DNA of 39,575 nucleotides, from the sequence record SRR31156797_1028; one strand, written 5' to 3'. The position numbers were made by a program, and so were the translations under genes. The notes beneath the pieces were generated by a model. That model had not been told where the DNA came from and made no database searches. It worked only from the letters and a program-made list of their open reading frames with translations. Shown piece by piece: positions 38,288 to 39,575 of this stretch. The first letter of the stretch is position 1. Every line of letters begins with the position of its first letter.

Positions 38288-38330
38288 GTTGACGGTGATA
38301 ACTATATGGAAAAAGGTTGATGTTGTCAAC
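38288..38330. promoter_or_regulatory. Two putative MarR autoregulatory operators
   Basis: GTTGACGGTGATAAC (38288-38302) and GTTGATGTTGTCAAC (38316-38330), matching 37659-37673. Confidence 0.7.
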
Positions 38331-38521
38331 TAATGTTTCATAAATTCTTACCTCAGAGAAAGAGAATGTGAGACCCGAGAGATGGACAGAGAACAGCTAA
38401 AGCTATATCGCAAGGCAGGGTTGTTTACCTTCGACTTGGTACTATTAAAATTAATCTCACCTTTTGCTATAATTTTTTTTACTGGCAAAGAGTAAGAAAT
38501 AAATACAAAGATGAGCAGCAA

Positions 38522-39001
38522 TCACTCTGAATTATTTGTGTTTATATGTGTAAATAAATCGGACAAAATACTTTGAAATCTGTCTTTATCTGCCAAACTT
38601 AAAGATGACAAAAATTGTTCGTTTACATTCTCAACTAAAGAGTACAAATGAGGTGCAATTTTTCTGCCTTCACTTGTGATATGGATACGGTAGCTTCGTC
38701 GGGACGTCTCATGATTATGGCGCTTTACATATCCGAGCTGTTCAAGTCTGTCAATATTGCGGGTTATTGCACTTCCAGGCATCTTTAGCTGTCGGCCGAT
38801 TTCCGTTTGTGTCAAACCGTCATTTTCAAGGAGTGTCATCATGACAGAAAAATGACTGATTGATAAACCAAGTGGTTTCAGCCCTGCCTCCATATTAGTG
38901 TCCAGCCAGGACCCTAATGACTTGATAATCCAACCAACACTGTTTAGCCGGACCGACCTCGTGTCGACAGGGGCATTTTTTGAATTTGATTGCTTTTTCA
39001 T
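38522..39001 (-). CDS. MarR-family regulator
   Basis: DGLTQTEIG...ITRNIDRLEQLGYVKR....SRRSY.IHITSEG; start set at ATG 39001. Confidence 0.92.
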   Translation of the reverse strand: MKKQSNSKNAPVDTRSVRLNSVGWIIKSLGSWLDTNMEAGLKPLGLSISHFSVMMTLLENDGLTQTEIGRQLKMPGSAITRNIDRLEQLGYVKRHNHETSRRSYRIHITSEGRKIAPHLYSLVENVNEQFLSSLSLADKDRFQSILSDLFTHINTNNSE

Positions 39002-39049
39002 GATCACAACATGATACACATTTGGGCTATTAGCAATAATTACATTTAA

Positions 39050-39071
39050 AATTGTTACAATTGAAACAATT
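39050..39071. promoter_or_regulatory. Near-palindrome between divergent genes, candidate operator of the second MarR
   Basis: AATTGTTACAATTGAAACAATT, 20/22 self-complementary. Confidence 0.45.
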
Positions 39072-39176
39072 ATACTTGAAACCAAATGAGGTGTTATTAT
39101 AGTCAGGTGTAATCTCTAAAATTTTTCAGATTGTAAATCAAGTTTCATAGACAGCCTATCAAGGAGGGGTATTTTA

Positions 39177-39563
39177 ATGAAAAAGTGGATAAGTTTTTTT
39201 CAAGAAATCGGTACTATTATGTACGTAGGGGGCATTTTATCACATATTGTAATTGGCATTGTTCTCGGCCACCCAGATGCACAAACAGCTTACCACGTGT
39301 ACTTGTATAAAGAACCAAGTGCTTACATATTAATTCTTCCAGGTTTAGCGATAAAAATTCTCTGCGACCTCTACCTCTGGCTTGTAATCCAGCCTAGGCC
39401 GAATTGGTTAAAATTAAAATTGTTGTGTATGGCGTTCTTAACCGTAAATGCATTCCTTTTTTTGGTACCAATGATGCCTGAACTTGTGCAATTAGCTGAA
39501 GACTCATTAGCAAGAGACGATATCAGTCAGGCTTTCCTTGATAAAGTGAGTATTCCAGGGTAA
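39177..39563 (+). CDS. Membrane protein (DUF2269-like), probably C-terminally truncated
   Basis: RBS AAGGAGG; three hydrophobic helices, LILPGL and WLKLKL motifs; last codons lie in an IS-end-like sequence. Confidence 0.65.
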   Translation: MKKWISFFQEIGTIMYVGGILSHIVIGIVLGHPDAQTAYHVYLYKEPSAYILILPGLAIKILCDLYLWLVIQPRPNWLKLKLLCMAFLTVNAFLFLVPMMPELVQLAEDSLARDDISQAFLDKVSIPG

Positions 39564-39575
39564 TCCGGCCACTAA
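39547..39575. mobile_element. Probable IS21-family terminal inverted repeat running off the window edge
   Basis: TGAGTATTCCAGGGTAATCCGGCCACT resembles TG.GTATTCC...GGCCAC IS21-type ends; only 29 bp visible. Confidence 0.5.

Noticed and set aside
1-39575. CRISPR array, tRNA, rRNA, prophage or defence genes
   Set aside because: No regularly spaced direct repeats, cloverleaf or hallmark proteins seen

Overview
An accessory region of a moderately AT-rich bacterial chromosome. The gene content suggests an anaerobic Desulfobacterota-like organism, which is an inference. Four blocks are visible. (1) 0.4-7.4 kb: a LysR-divergent redox/metabolic cluster (enoyl-CoA hydratase, DUF169, SDR, two paralogous radical SAM enzymes, nitroreductase, TSCPD protein) with several lesions. 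(2) 10.5-31.3 kb: a signalling island with a small protein plus FIST-like (DUF6976-type) sensor, an orphan periplasmic binding protein, a five-PAS histidine kinase, a hybrid kinase, a sigma54 enhancer-binding protein, a diguanylate cyclase, an MCP, a strongly divergent sigma70-type factor and a flavodiiron protein. (3) 32-36 kb: a hybrid kinase, a tandem GNAT and a membrane protein. (4) 36.4-39.6 kb: a Cys-rich MarR / DUF318 (ArsP-like) permease / small Cys protein module with a readable operator, then a second MarR pair. The main unannotated signal is three copies of a paired TCYR-N6-YRGA enhancer-like site, each about 215-280 bp upstream of a sigma54 -24/-12 promoter. One of these promoters precedes an ORF-less, hairpin-rich, terminated ~400-nt region (30910-31320), a candidate sigma54-dependent regulatory RNA at the end of a LuxPQ-LuxO-Qrr-like circuit. 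Remnants of IS3, IS256 (two) and IS21 (two) elements and a REP-like repeat family are also present. All family calls come from motif recognition by eye; no database search was run.
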